NCBI GenBank assembly: GCA_003427395.1
Contig: BFEA01000008.1
Location: forward strand, 6,038,544 to 6,102,543
DNA: 64,000 bases
Direction: 5' to 3'
Source: Chara braunii
Lineage: Eukaryota; Plantae; Charophyceae
In this document: positions 1-12,184 of the stretch, piece by piece
How the letters are laid out: each line of letters opens with the position of its first letter
Numbering within the stretch: position 1 is the first letter of the stretch
The notes under the pieces: generated by a model
What the model was told of the DNA's origin: nothing
The model's database searches: none
The model's input: only the letters and a program-made list of their open reading frames with translations
Translations under genes and position numbers: made by a program

Positions 1-3000
1 ACCCTTTGTCCCTTCCCCTCTATAACTCTCACTCGGTACACTACTATTTTTTCTTTCCATTCGAAGGGTGCTTTAGTCCCTTGTAGGGTGCCCGTTTTGG
101 TAATAGTGTAGTGTTCGACCAGGACTGTTTGTGATGAGATCATATGTAACTGGCCAATCCTCAACGGGGTCTCTGTGTTTGCCACCCAATCTCCTATTCT
201 CAGGGTGGGATCACGTTTGAGAATCCGGTACCATTCCAGTGGGATGACTTCAATGAGGCTATCCAAAAGCTCCTCTACATGGTGGCAGTACCTTAGGGTT
301 ATCTGCAACTGGTCTCATGTTTTCATGTCCTACCTCTCATTGTCCTAGAGATCCTCTACCCTAAGTACCCCAGGTTTAACCCAGCTCTTCCAGGCAAGGG
401 ATGAGCTTATCATGATGCAGCCCCTCGAGTCTGTCACCCATCTATTTCCAAAGAGGGGTTGTCGGTGGACTTCCTCCCAATGACTGGGGTGGGGCCTGTT
501 TGAGAGCGGAAGTTTACTCCAGGTTTCCAGCAGAGATGGTCAGAAGTTATCCAGCGTCTGACGCCCGCCATCCAGAATCTCCCTTCCTTCTGGGAGCTTA
601 CGTGGGATCGTCCGGAATCGGTCCTCCAGCCATGTCAATGGGTGGATTGTATGGGGGGTTGTCGGGGCCAGCCTGGCCAAATGTTCCAGTGCTAAAACAC
701 ACCACGGGCTCTGGGGGGAAAAAATAAGCTTCTTAATGCACTTTAACCGTAATGCTTGCACCTGCGTGGCTGGATCAAGTATTCCCAAGCCTCCCCCTGC
801 CTTAGGCTGGATAATTGAATCCCACGCCACACGGCTAATTGCATTGGTCCGCTCTCCATCCCCCCTCCATAGGAAAGCCGCTGCCTTTTTCCTTAGGCTC
901 CTCAGGGCCGCTTTGCTCAATGGCTGCAATAAGGACTTGTACCATAATGTTGCAAATATCGCGTTGTTAAGTACTAGTGCGCGTCGGAAGACGAATGTGT
1001 GCTTGTTTCTCCAATTGTTTAGTTTGCCTTGAGACGAGGCACTGATCCATTCATCGTTGGTTGGTGGTCGTCCCTCTGTGGTCATGGATACCCCTAGGAT
1101 TCTTACTGGGGTCTCTAACGACATCCATGTAATGCGTGGTGACTCTGGAGGGCGTACCTCTTGGTAGTGGATCCACTATCCTTGTGTCTTAGATCCCCAA
1201 TTTACTGTCGTGTCGAAAACCTTGACAAACGTTTTCATCATCCTTTGGATTTCGTCCATATTGCGGTGTGTGGTCTCTACCATTATTGTGAGGTCATCCG
1301 CAAACAGTGAGCACACCGGGATTGCGTCCTCCGAAATGCGTGTGACTCCGATTTTAGTAATATTTTTGTTCACCCAAAGGTTGGCGGCTAGTGCCTCCAT
1401 AATGACTAGGAAAAAAAACGGGGAATTGGGTCCCCTTGGCGGACCGACCGTTCTAAGCGTAGCAGGGCTTCCATTGACTTGGACGCAAGTGGTAGCGTTT
1501 TGGTGTAGGATTTGTATCCACCGTCTGAAGTCTGGCCTAAAGTTTATTTTTTCCAGACATTTGTCCAGAAATAACCAGTCCATGTGATCATAGGTCTTTT
1601 CAAAATCGATGAAAATTAGGGCCGCGTTTTAACGAGAGTGTCTCGTAAGCTGGAATATCCCATGAACCAATATGATATTTTTTTAATTGTTCGTATTCTC
1701 CATAAAACCGGTTTGAGCGGGATGAACGATGTCTTCCATTACTGGGATAATTTTGTTTGCTAATGCTTTAGACAACATTTTGTACATTACTGTGAGGAGT
1801 GTTATTGGTCGGTAATTTCTGATATTCATCTTATCCCTTTTTGTTTGAAGGAGGGTTAGTATCCTTTGCCCCACCATTTCCCCCATCTCGCCTGTGAGCC
1901 ATGCTTCACTGTAGAAGTCCATAAAATCCTGGCTCATAAAGTCCCATGTGGTTTCCCAGAATTCTTTAGGGAAGTCGTCAATCTCGGGAGCTTTTTCCTC
2001 CTTCATTTGCAGAAAGGCGGTCCATATCTCGTGTTTAGAGAGTGGGGCTTCTAAGGAATTGCGTTGTTCGGATGTCATTGTTTTGTTTACCGGTTCCAAG
2101 AATTCTTTTCTTAGGCGATCTTGATATGGCGCGTCCGATTTATCCACATGCGGAGAAAAAAAATCTTTGTAGACGTCGTATGTTATCTTGGTACAATGGG
2201 CTGTGATTACAGGCGGGGCCGATTTCTTCGTTTTCGGTTCGTAGAGTGCTTCGATCATGGTCCTTTGAATTTGTAGTCTGACTAGGCTGAAGAAGTGAGA
2301 GTCCATCGCTCCTTCAGTGGAAAACTGAGATAGTCTTGCCCTTATTTGGGTTCCTTGTCATCGATACCGTGCGTGTATCAAAAGTTGGTCCTTCAGTTCT
2401 TGTATACGAGTTTGTAATTCAACGGTCTTTTGTTCTTGCCCTTGCGAGTTTTGCTCTTGTTCTGCGTCCACTATGTTTTGCATAATTGTGACTTCTTGCT
2501 GGTATCATTGGGTGACTAAATATTTGGAGTATTCTTTGCACTTTTTTGCCATAAGAAAAAATTTGTTATTAAACCAAGCGATTTGCGATTCTTGTTGAGG
2601 GCGGTAATCTTTCCAGTAGTCCCAAGCCTGCTGTAGGTATTTATGGATAGATTTTGATCGAAGCAGGGGGGTGTTAAGTTTATAGTAGCCGGCCCCCTGG
2701 TCTAGCCGTTTACGAAACGTCCAAACCGCCATACGCATCCTATGGTCCAGACCAGGGTATGAGCTAGTCGGTAGTATTGCCGTCACGAAGAGTCCTCCTG
2801 CCAACTCTTTCGAGGCCAAAATTAAATTGATATGGGATTTTGACAATCTGGCAGGGTCATTGTTTTGGATGCAAGTAAATGCTCTTTCGATAGGGTAGTT
2901 GCGCCTGAAGGTATCGAATAGCGAGATGGAGCTGTACAAGTCTCTCACCATCCGCTCGTCTTCTTTTGCGTTGTGTGTAGTGGTGTGGGAGACTCTCCAT

Positions 3001-3490
3001 CAGTCCAGCTACCTATCCGGTGCAGCATTGAAGTCTCCTGCTAGGATTAGCGGGATATCTGGAGTAGGAGTTGTTGCAATTTTTTCAAAAAATGACCTTC
3101 TTTCACGGGTTGTGTTAGGGGCATATATGGATACGATGCACACTACTTCTTGTTCCAACATGCCCAACACCTTAAACCATCGTCCCTCCTCTTCATCCTT
3201 CTCCCAATAGAGTACTTTAAATTGAGATTCGGGTGGGATCCAAATTGCAACCCCGGAGTTCCCCGGGTTAGGGGCAAAAGCTTGGTAGCTTTGAAAAGGT
3301 CAAGCTTGCTTGTGTGCCCGATGGTGTTCTAGTGTATCCATTAGTTGGGTCTCTTGAACGCAGACTATATCGGACCATGTTCTTTCTCCCACCCCCCGCA
3401 GCAAGTCCCATAACGCTTTGATTTTTTTCGGGTTGCGAGAAACTAGACCATTTACATTAATCATTATAATATCTAAGTCTGCCTGCTGTA
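1..3490 (-). pseudogene. LINE ORF2: apurinic-like endonuclease plus reverse transcriptase, broken by stops and frameshifts
   Basis: APE motifs INVNGL, DIVCVQET and LDHR; RT motifs KAPEIDDFPKEFW, NYRPITLLTVMYKMLSKALANK and LFADD; downstream FLW...VAWDSI..PK..GGLGI. Confidence 0.93.
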
Positions 3491-6400
3491 GGATGTGTTT
3501 CCATTTTTTGTTTTTACCATACACCACTTCTACCAAGTCCATCATAGATTATTCTTGCGTCTCTCAATCCACCTCCTTGTTGAGGATATTTTTCCTCAAT
3601 ATCGTGTATATACATGTGAGTAGTTCATCGGTTGACCAGATGTTACTTGGTTTAATTTTGAGTTGTTGGGTGTCGAGGAGCATATTATGCGTGTGTCATT
3701 GTAGCCCTGCCACCTTGTTGTCTTCGAATCTCACATAGAGATCCTTGTAGGCCATCTTCAGGCTTTCTGATGATACGCTAATGGTGGCCATAGCCCCTGG
3801 TTCGTAATCACTTGTAATGAATTTTGTGACTTCGTGGGTCCTTAATGCCCCTTCCCTCTGCATATGCGAACTGTGTAATGTCATTCCTCAGTAGGCAGGG
3901 GTATATGGGTCCTTGGGCTTCGCGGGTGACAGGCCCAATTCTCGTTTTCCAGCCTTCCTTCTAATTGGTAGCACCAGCACCTTATCTCCTTTTGGCAGGC
4001 CCTTGTGGTAGAGCCCCTTCTCAATGAGGTGGCGCAGTTTTGCCCGCTTTGAGAGTCCTACTTCCTCTGCTGCCTTCCTCTCTCCCTGTTCGGTTTGAGC
4101 AGCATGCATGGCCTGTTGTGTACCTTCTTCCGGAGGTGGCCGGTTAGGGGGTTGTGGGGGGGGCTTGTCCGTATGACCCGAGGGGTTTGTTGTCCCTTCG
4201 GATGGGTTTGGTGCTTCTGTTGTCATAGGGGGCTGAAATTTTTTGTGCACAATATTCCAAATTCTGCTCAGCACCTGTTGCCAGGGTTGTCGAGCCCCGG
4301 CGCCAGGGCCCCGATGGGGGTCCGGGGGTGGGCACCCCCAACCCCGGCTCTGGACCCCCCCCCTGAAGAAAAAAAAAAATTCAAAAACAAAAATAAAAAA
4401 ATAGTGGGGGGTGCGTTGTCGTACCAAATACCCTTACAAGGGTATTTGGCGTGGTTTTTGCAAGTCACGCAAGTGCAGTGTCGCCCGCCCGACGGCGTGC
4501 GCCTGAGCGGAAGCATAGGTTCTTGTCAGGGTGAGAAGCACGCGTGGCGGCGTGGGGTATTGACGGTGAGGCGCAACTGGACGCTGCCTAGGCATGCGCG
4601 GAGTCACGGGGTCAGTAGGGCGCACAACATTTATCTATGTTTTCTTTTTTTTATTATTATTTACTGTTGGGTTGTTTGACTTTGTAGGTTCCGGCGACGT
4701 GACCCCGGACTTAGTGGTTGTCGTCAGAACGGTGTGGCCATATCCTGACGAGTTGAAGTTCAAATTAACTTGTTATCTATTGTCGTATTATTATTTTGCT
4801 CCGGTGTTCTTTGACTCGGACGCGACGCCGGATTTGGAGACCGTCGCGGCAGTCGAGAACCTTGAGCGCGCGCCTCTTTTCGTTTAAAACTTATAGGTTC
4901 CCGCACGGCGGGACGGTGACGAAAGTTCTCTGTCCAGCCCGTTTTGAGAACATGGATCGAGGAGCTCAGCGTGCATGCGGGTCGGCGGGCGATTTGCCCG
5001 CGAGGGGGAGGAAAAAGTTGAATGGCGTGGGCATCCCCGCAGCGGCAGCACCATCCGCGGCTTGCTGTGGGAGGTTTGAGTGTAAGCGGGCCATTGGGAC
5101 TCGCGAGCGGGCGGACTACGCCCGGGGCACTATGGCAATGCCCGCCACGGTACTACGGCGTGTGGCGGACCGTATGGAACCGCGCTGTGGGCCTGTAGTA
5201 GGCCGGCGCCCTCAACTGCAGGACGGCTTATGTGGGGGTTGCCCGCTGGGGACCCGAAAGGGCAGCCAACTCTGCCGGGGCCGAGAAAAAAGGGGCTGAA
5301 CCTGGCCGGCAGGTAGTGCCAGGTGCACGCGAACAAGCACAAGGGGAGGGGCAGCGGCCTACCCCTAGGCAGTAGGCGGAGCGCAGAGTCACAGGGGAGG
5401 TTGGCTGCGGTGCGACCCGACGTTAGGACTAAGGAGACTAGCGCCGGACAGCGATAGTCAGTAACAGGGGAGGTAGAGTAGGCGATAGTGGGGCGGCCGG
5501 GACTAGCGGGTGTGAGACTGGCCGGGCGGCGCCGTGCAGCGAACGGGCGGGGCGACTGAGCGCTGCAGCGCGCCGGGTGGCGACGGGTGCCGACACAGAG
5601 CGGTGCGTGGTAGAAGAAAAGCAGCGTTGAGCGATAGTGGGCCGAGTAGCAGCGCTGCAGAAGATGAGCGGGGAGGCAGGCTCGAAGGCACGGAGAGGGG
5701 GTGAACCCGGGCGTGAATTCGTGCCGGGTGCATTCGACAGGTGGAGACTGGAGATGCCCGAAAGGGGAGGCGGGCGCTGATACAGCAGGCGGTGCGAGCG
5801 AGAGGTGGCAGCCGGTGATGAGCAGAAGCACAGTGAAGTAACTGGCAATGAGGGGTGACGGGCAGCCGGGGAGAGAGTGAGGCGGGGAGTAGGCAAACAA
5901 GGGGTTGAACTTGGGCGACGAATCAACCCAGGTGCACGGGGGCGGATTGGGCGATGGCAAAGCCGGGCGGAGCGAAATAGAGATAGCTCTCCCGTTTCTC
6001 AACAGAAACGGGCGAGGAAAGATCGTAACCGGGGTTTTTTTGGGGCTGCGAGTTGATTAGTAGTGTTAGATTCAGTGATAGCTTAGTAAAAATAGAGGTT
6101 AGTGGAAGAGGGGGTGCGCCGAGAGGAGCGAGTATGGCGGAGGGAGGAAGACATAGCTCACTCGTTCCTTAACGGAAACGGGTGAGGTAAGGATTGACTT
6201 TGGGGGCTTAACCCCGGGCGAGTTCAGTTAGGATGTTAGTTTTAGTGATTAGGGGGTAGGGAGAGAGATTGGTAGAAAGGTTAGTGCGTGGATATGGCGG
6301 GAAGGAAGACGGAGGGGGCCCGAATCTGGACGCGGACAGGCGCAAGAGGGAGTAGGATGGAAGGTAAGTGGATAGAGGGCTGCGATGTGAGGGAGGAGCT

Positions 6401-8109
6401 AGCGTTGGGGGAGAGCGGAGTGCCATAGAGCCAAGGGCTGAGGACGAGGGAGTACGGGTGAAGCAGCCAGGGGCGAGGACGAACCCGGCGCGGATTTGTG
6501 CCCGGGTACATTCGACAGGGAGGGAGGGGGAACGAGAGTAAAAGAGGCGGTTCCCCTTTGTTTCTGAGTGAAAGCGGGCCGTAAAAGGACCGAAGTGGGG
6601 GTTTTTGAGCATTGCGAACATGCTCGTGAGGTCAGTTTGGTGAGAAAGTTAGTAGAGGGCGGGTTAATACAGAAATGGACTGCGCAGGGGTACTGGGAGA
6701 ATAGAGATGGCGGGTTAGAAGTTAGTTGTTTCGTCAGAGTGTCCTAGTGAGATTAGAGGAGAGCAGTAGTATTCCTAGGCTTGCGCGACGGGCAAATCCG
6801 GTGGTAGGCCTTGACCCTGCAGTTGGTGGACGAGTCTTGCGTAGCAAGTCGTAAGAGTTGCGCCGGGGAGAACGAGGTAGTAAATGCGTTGGTGTACCTG
6901 GTCGTTTTCAGAGATAATACTCATCTGATGCTACTCCTACGATTGATATAAGCAGCGGGAGGCCAGATTTGGGGTCGGATGCGTACCTGCTGGCCGGTGC
7001 GTCGCTCAGCAGGTCGATAAAGACGAAGGTACAGGGCTGCGGGACTGGAAGCTTACCTGCTGGCCTGTGCACTACATGCTGCCAAGCAACGGAGGAGCGA
7101 GGGACAACAAGCGGACTGTAACTTGGACGTCTATCTGGGGATTGTTGTGCCACCCATGTGATTGAGTAGAAGTTGCGGACTGCAGACTGGCCTGTTGGCC
7201 GGTGTGGTGCCATCCCCTTCAGCCGATACAAGGAACAGGATAGCTACGAGGCTGTAGGCTCAGTCTATTGTCGGAGTGCCGATTTCCCTGCTGTGTGAGG
7301 TGGCTGGAGACAAGCCACGAGGTTGCAAACGCGCCTAATGACCATCGGGCCTGTCGCCGCGAGTGTAGCAGCGGCTAGCCACAGGGCTTAGGGACTCATA
7401 TAGGGCTTGGGGTGTTGCCCATCCTACCGGGCGGGGTAATGGGAAGACAAGGCAACGGTTGTGGGAGGAGTAAGCCTGTTGAAAGGGAATCAATGCCGTG
7501 ATTTAAAGGTTCGTTAGGAGGGGTTGTTTCGACTGTTTGGCTTTGGTTGGAACGACGGTTGGGAGGATTGGTCATCATTGCGGGGCCCTGAGGCGAGTCA
7601 AGGAACCAAGGCCCTCTCGCGCAAGTCTGAGAGCACCCCTCCTGTATCTCGAGCGTCCGAAACCTCTCTTTCTGCCTTTCTTACTCTAAGTCTAGTCTGT
7701 TGGTTCTGAGAGGAAGGTGGCAGGTGGGATTGCAACCCATAATCCGCGCCAAGGCCTTTGTGGGAGGTTTGCCCCAACGATTGAGGGAGCCCTGCCGGAG
7801 CCTAGGCGAGACTCTGGAGGCAAGGAACTAGAAGGTAATCATTGTTTCCCCTCTATAAACCCAACTATAACCCCTAGCTATACATCTCTCTATGGTTGAC
7901 TGAATGTATGGTGTGAACCCTGTATTTGACTTTGGGTTGACGTTCAGGACATAGGTCAGACTGAAGTAAAGGAAATGGTTGTGCGAATTCAGTTTCAGCT
8001 TTGTTGTTTGACTTAAGGCAGATTGTGGACGAAGGGGAATGCATCTGGGGGAAGGTTGGGAGGAAGGTGGTTTTGCTTGAGATTGAAAGGGTCTTATAGG
8101 GTCAAGCAT

Positions 8110-8925
8110 GTTCTATAAGATTAGATGGTCTGACTGCTGTGTTTATTTTTCGAATTGCATGGAGGGTCAGGACGCTCTATAAGTTTAGGTGACCTGACTG
8201 ATCTGACTTGCGAGGGCTTAATTGTGATCGATTTTCAGGGGCTCAGGGCGCTCTATAAGTTTAGGTACCCTGAATTGCCTTTTTTTTGTTGGATTTTCTT
8301 AAGTTTCCTTGTTTCTGAACGAGGGGGCTGAGTTGTTCTGTAAGTTCAGGTGGCTCAGTCTCTTCTTGCTTTTATTTTGAAAGAGTAATCCTTGGCAAAG
8401 GGGCAGACCCTTTTGTAAGTTCAGAAGGTTTGACTCAATGCCACGCATATGATGGTTCAGAGAGAAATGAATCAGGCAGAGAGTCAGACTGTTCTGTAAG
8501 TTCAGGTGGTCTGACTCAAGGCCTCGCACATGCTGGAACCAAAGGTTATAACTTGGTTATACGTTATTATTATCTTATTAAAAACAGGCTAGTCATACAC
8601 GGGTTCCATAAGATTGGACGGTCTGACTATAACTTACCGTAAATTGAAGAGAGTACAATTAAGAATATAATTGAAGGTAACTTGGTCCGGTTGAGCATTG
8701 TTTCTAAGATGAATGGCTGAGTCCTACGGCCACCTTGAAAATTAAAGTTCAGAGAGATATATATAACTTGGATATTAAACAGTCCAGGACGACTAAGCAT
8801 TATTTCTAAGATGAATGGCTTAGTCATATGCCCAAAGGAAGAGAAAAATAGTTGTGCAACCTGTTCGTGTATACTTGATGGCTGAGTCAGACATGTTTCA
8901 TAAGACTGGATGGCCCGACTTTACG
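8110..8925. repeat. Array of ~10 degenerate ~24-nt motifs (ttctRtaagWttagRtggYctgact-like) separated by divergent spacers
   Basis: Motif copies near 8111, 8175, 8251, 8336, 8411, 8492, 8604, 8702, 8803 and 8897. Confidence 0.7.
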
Positions 8926-9229
8926 TCTTATGTAAGTTGGTATAAAGGGTTAAATCATTGAAAGACTATGAACTATTATTTGTTCAGGTATACCTTGGGA
9001 TGGTGAGGGTACTTACCTTTGTGGTTTGGCCTGCATACGACTGAGTGAGGCTACTACTTGGTCTGAGCCTTGGGTTGACAGGTAGTTGCTTTAGTTCCTC
9101 GCCACGTGCTAGAGCGATAGGAGTTAGTTTCAATTCCTGCATTTTCTGAGCGAAATTTTCTTACTTAGATCAATTATTGCATTTTCGAGGATCATTTTTT
9201 GTACTTGGCTTTGTATAAATCTTGGCAAG

Positions 9230-9775
9230 GTACTTTCTCTACGGGAAGAGCTGCCGAAATTTCTACAAATCCAAGGAGTTAGTCAATTTTTTGATTGTCC
9301 AAGTTCAACTTTTTTTTATATCTGACCTAGTAAAAATCTGAAAAGTCTCCTTTTCTAAAGGGAGTGCTGCTCAAATTTTTGCTAGTTCAGGGAGTTAGAC
9401 AAAATTGGACTTTGAGAAGTCAAAGTTATTCTCAAATTCTGGACTTAGCTCTGTGTAAATTTTGGAAAAACACCTTTCTAAAGGGAGTGCTGTCGAAATT
9501 TCTGCAAAACTAAGGAGTTAGTTAAATCTTGTCTAAGTTGAACTCAAGTTGTCTTTTGAGTTCATATCTGACTTAGTATAAATTTGGGAAGTCCCCCTTT
9601 CTAAAAGGAGTGCTGTCCAAGTTTCTACTAATTTAGGGAGTTAGACTGAATTTGACTTTTTGGAGTTAAAAATTATTTATGCCTTCATATTCGGGCTGAT
9701 ACAAATTTTGAAAAGACACTTTTCTTACGGGAAGCGTTGCCAAAATTTTCTTGATTTAGAGGAGTTAGATTGTAT
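9230..9775. repeat. Degenerate tandem repeat, ~122-bp unit x5
   Basis: tttctaaagggagtgctg..aaattt...ggagttag recurs near 9233, 9351, 9475, 9598 and 9721. Confidence 0.85.
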
Positions 9776-12184
9776 TTTGACAGGTGGCGATTCTGGCGAT
9801 CCACCCTGGATAGGGGAGATTTTGCCATTAGCCTACCTTTGCTTTGGGCACTGGCTTGGAGGTAGGCTTAGACCTATTTGACAGGTAGGTTGAGTGAGAA
9901 TGTACTATGAAGGTTTATCCCCCATATGTTGATGGTTTAGCTTTGGCATTGACCTGTTTTATGATACAGGCCTTTCTTGGACAATCGATTCATGACTTGG
10001 ACTAGTTTCAGCTTAACCCTACAAGGATCATCTTCTGTTATCACTGATAACAGGTCGGTTGGGTGATCGCCGACTTGTCGGCTCACGACACAACTTTGCT
10101 TATACCTGTACCTCAACTTGATTGCCTTAGCCCTGAGACTTGAGATGTTTCTTTGAAGGTTTTAACCAGACTTCTTTTAATGACCATTATAAAGAACTTA
10201 TGAGATTTATGGAAAACTGGACTATGACTGGGGCTTGAGTGTGTGACGCCTGGAGAGAGGTGCAGGGAACAGTAAAGTTTACCACATTGGTGTATGACAA
10301 TGTGACTTTTGTGTGTGTCTGTATTTTATGCAGGTTAGTATTTTGGGACTTGATATATGAGCCATACTTTAGAGGCAGTGAGAATGACAACCATGTGTCA
10401 CACGATCTACATACCTGATGGGTTTATGTTTCCCCCTTCTTTCATTGTTACCTCGAGTCTTGATTTGATATACGAGTGTTGAGATGCTTATTTATTTATT
10501 GATTTTGCTTGTTAATTTTTATAGTTGGACGTTGTAGTCCGTGGCAGCCGTCAAAGTCAAACCCCTTGACTTCCGCCCAGGTCTGGGGTAGGACTCGTCC
10601 CAGGGCCGCAAGCGGCAACTGCCACCACAAGTATAGACCTGTGTACCACCCACTCTGCACAGAGTGCAGAAGAGGGTGTGTGATCTTCAACCGCGCATGA
10701 CGGTTGTCCAGCGTCGAGAGATTAACCCTCAAGGCGCGTGTCAGCCGACACTTGAGTGTCGAACGCGACCCTCGATATTAACGAGGACCGCGTGAGTATG
10801 TGTATTACATGGTACGCCATCATTGCGACTGCTTGCGTACGTTTGCATTGCTAGTCGATATGAGTAGGCCCTGCGTCCGCGCGGTTTTATACTAAGTCTC
10901 GCGCGCGACGCCTATCCGATTTCCGCATCGGAAAGTTATGGGTTGGCTACCGAGGGGCTAGGAGCGTTGTCGCGTTGTTTGTGTTGTGTCGTTTCGTGTG
11001 TATGTGTGTGTGTTCTTTTTTTGTGTTCGTAGAGTGGCGTGCGCGTGGTGTGTGGGATACGTCCTAGTCGACCGACGACGAGCCGCGCTTGGGAACTCAG
11101 TCCCCCAAGATGCCGGTTCGTGTGCAGGTCCGATAGGCGTATTACCACGCGTACCCCCTATGCTACAGCGAACAAGAAACGCCCTCGGCTGGTCCACCTC
11201 TGCGATTGCAACTGATCAGCTTTCACTCCGTGGACTGGTAGCTCGGCGGGGATACGCCCACCGAAGGGAGATGACAGCTCCCGTAAGGTAGAGGTAAGTT
11301 GTGCCTCGCGTAGGCCCTATCCTGTCATAGGCGCTCGCGAGAGGTATGGCTGGCGCACTCGGCCGGAGCGGCCTAAGGAAGCTCCAATTATGTGTTCGCG
11401 ACAAGGTTGGTCCAACTCCTGCGTGACGATGCGCCGGACAGCGCAGCGAGAGCGCGCAACCCGTGGGCTAAACCCCAAAAATGGGGTTTTGTGCCCCACC
11501 CCGGACCCCCCCGGGGCCAGACCCACCACTGGGGGGACCGGGNNNNNNNNNNNNNNNNNNNNNNNNNNNNNNNNNNNNNNNNNNNNNNNNNNNNNNNNNN
11601 NNNNNNNNNNNNNNNNNNNNNNNNNNNNNNNNNNNNNNNNNNNNNNNNNNNNNNNNNNNNNNNNNNNNNNNNNNNNNNNNNNNNNNNNNNNNNNNNNNNN
11701 NNNNNNNNNNNNNNNNNNNNNNNNNNNNNNNNNNNNNNNNNNNNNNNNNNNNNNNNNNNNNNNNNNNNNNNNNNNNNNNNNNNNNNNNNNNNNNNNNNNN
11801 NNNNNNNNNNNNNNNNNNNNNNNNNNNNNNNNNNNNNNNNNNNNNNNNNNNNNNNNNNNNNNNNNNNNNNNNNNNNNNNNNNNNNNNNNNNNNNNNNNNN
11901 NNNNNNNNNNNNNNNNNNNNNNNNNNNNNNNNNNNNNNNNNNNNNNNNNNNNNNNNNNNNNNNNNNNNNNNNNNNNNNNNNNNNNNNNNNNNNNNNNNNN
12001 NNNNNNNNNNNNNNNNNNNNNNNNNNNNNNNNNNNNNNNNNNNNNNNNNNNNNNNNNNNNNNNNNNNNNNNNNNGCGGGGGTGCAGGGGCGGGGGTTGCG
12101 TAGCCCCGCGACGGGGGTCCGGGGGTGAAACCCCTACCCCAGCTTGGGCCCCGGGGATCCCCGTGTGATAATGCTGCCTGTTGC

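Larger units (their letters stand above)
4417..11440 (-). mobile_element. 7.0-kb non-coding TG...CA element, candidate giant solo LTR
   Basis: Termini TGTC...GACA; 4-bp TSD gcgt/gcgc; the empty site (gt-gcgc-agcg) is visible in the second hAT copy near 31889; ~10520-11440 matches 62698-63660 in inverted orientation; minus-strand TATAAAA near 10890; no recognisable ORF. Confidence 0.7.
4282..12176. mobile_element. Non-autonomous hAT-like DNA transposon (~0.9 kb of its own sequence, enlarged by a 7-kb nested insert)
   Basis: Perfect 8-bp TSD cctgttgc (4274-4281 / 12177-12184); imperfect TIR CAGGGTTGTC / rc CAGCATTATC; both ends match the copy at 31763-32681. Confidence 0.85.

Noticed and set aside
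4417-4460. Helitron 3' end (hairpin near a terminus)
   Set aside because: There is no CTRR end, and the element has TG...CA termini with a TSD.
4796-6621. ORFs of 137-290 aa inside the 7-kb element
   Set aside because: They are GC-rich low-complexity frames with no recognisable motif.
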